Below are positions 63,137 to 64,000 of a stretch of DNA of 64,000 bases, one piece after another. Source of the stretch: Podarcis bocagei (taxonomy: Eukaryota); the NCBI GenBank assembly GCA_964188305.1, contig OZ076895.1; one strand, written 5' to 3'. Position numbers and translations under genes: made by a program. How positions within the stretch are numbered: position 1 is the stretch's first letter; each line of letters starts with the position of its first letter. The notes beneath the pieces are model-generated. The model did no database searches. It was given only the letters and a program-made list of their open reading frames with translations, and was not told where the DNA came from.

Positions 63137-63747
63137 GTAAGAAACTGAAATGGTCATATATTTGTTCTGTAAACATATATTCTGTTAATTTCCAGACATG
63201 AAAAATATGGCATTTTACAGCAAAACTAAAGAAAACTATTCTAGAAGTTAGCTTAGCTCTATTTTGGTTTTGTTCCCAGATTAAAAAACAATTGAAGCCA
63301 CAATGGCTTTTTACTGGTGAAGTAACAGTGTTCTTCTGTTGGGCTGGCCCCACAACTGAGCAGTCCTACAAGTGGCATATTATATCGGGACTCTGCACCT
63401 ACCACCTGGAAAAGAATGAAGCATCTGAGGAACAGGGTCCTCTTCCCTCCACTAGAATGCTGTGTGCCATGTAGTGCAGGCCATACAGTCTAATTTTCCT
63501 GCTGAAAGAAAGGAAAATTCCCATTCCCCGTTCCCTTTTTTTGCCAGGCAGTAGATGCCATGAGAGAGTTTACTCTTTGAAATCACTCTTCCACCCCTGC
63601 TTCATTTGGCTGGGAAGAAGATGTAAAAAAGTGCTCCCCTTTACATAGGATGACTGCACTGCTTACTTCTTTTTTGGGAGCCATTCATGAAATAAACGGA
63701 TGAAGCTCTCTACCTCCATTTTCACTTTACACAGGGGATTTCCGTAT

Positions 63748-64000
63748 TGTTACAGGCCCCCTCAATCCTAACCAAGCCATGCACAGGATTGTGGGGGTCT
63801 TTGCCCTCAACCAGGGTCTGTGCTCCTTTGGAGCACTGAAGACGCAGTGGAGGCTGTCATAGCTTTAAGAAATATGTTTTATTCACATATTTACACCTGA
63901 ATTTAGATGGAGGGAGTCCAGATCTTACAGCATGGTCATCTCAAGAAGGGCTTATTCCCTGCACCAGTGCAGCACTGGAGTCCAAGGCATCTCTCCCAGC
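63748..64000 (-). mobile_element. Possible LTR in reverse orientation, cut by window end
   Basis: Abrupt TGTTACA start and a minus-strand AATAAA at about 63878-63883. The other end is not visible. Confidence 0.35.

Overview
Vertebrate genomic DNA, almost certainly from a lacertid-type lizard (Sauria/Squam SINEs, BovB, squamate L1/L2/CR1 and Tigger-like MITEs). The window covers the conserved ARMC10 / FBXL13 / LRRC17 locus. ARMC10 coding exon 1 lies on the - strand (ATG 934). The first 13 coding exons of FBXL13 (DRC6) lie on the + strand (21189-63136, and the gene continues past the window). The complete LRRC17 CDS (3 exons, 438 aa) is nested antisense in FBXL13 intron 9. The head-to-head ARMC10-FBXL13 pair is separated by about 20 kb. 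That interval holds a full-length L1 with a single nonsense codon, a degraded L1, a solo LTR, an intron-containing SERPINE3-like pseudogene away from its expected synteny, and possibly a decayed Tctex-type dynein light-chain gene. Most interesting observations: (1) a solo LTR whose U3 is an open frame from its first base, ending in an HMGN-like RRSARL motif, which suggests an LTR-encoded integrase targeting tail; (2) the SERPINE3-like pseudogene; (3) Tc2-like MITEs with shared ends but different hairpin-minisatellite interiors, one forming a large palindrome. All homology calls are from memory of the protein and repeat families, not from database searches.
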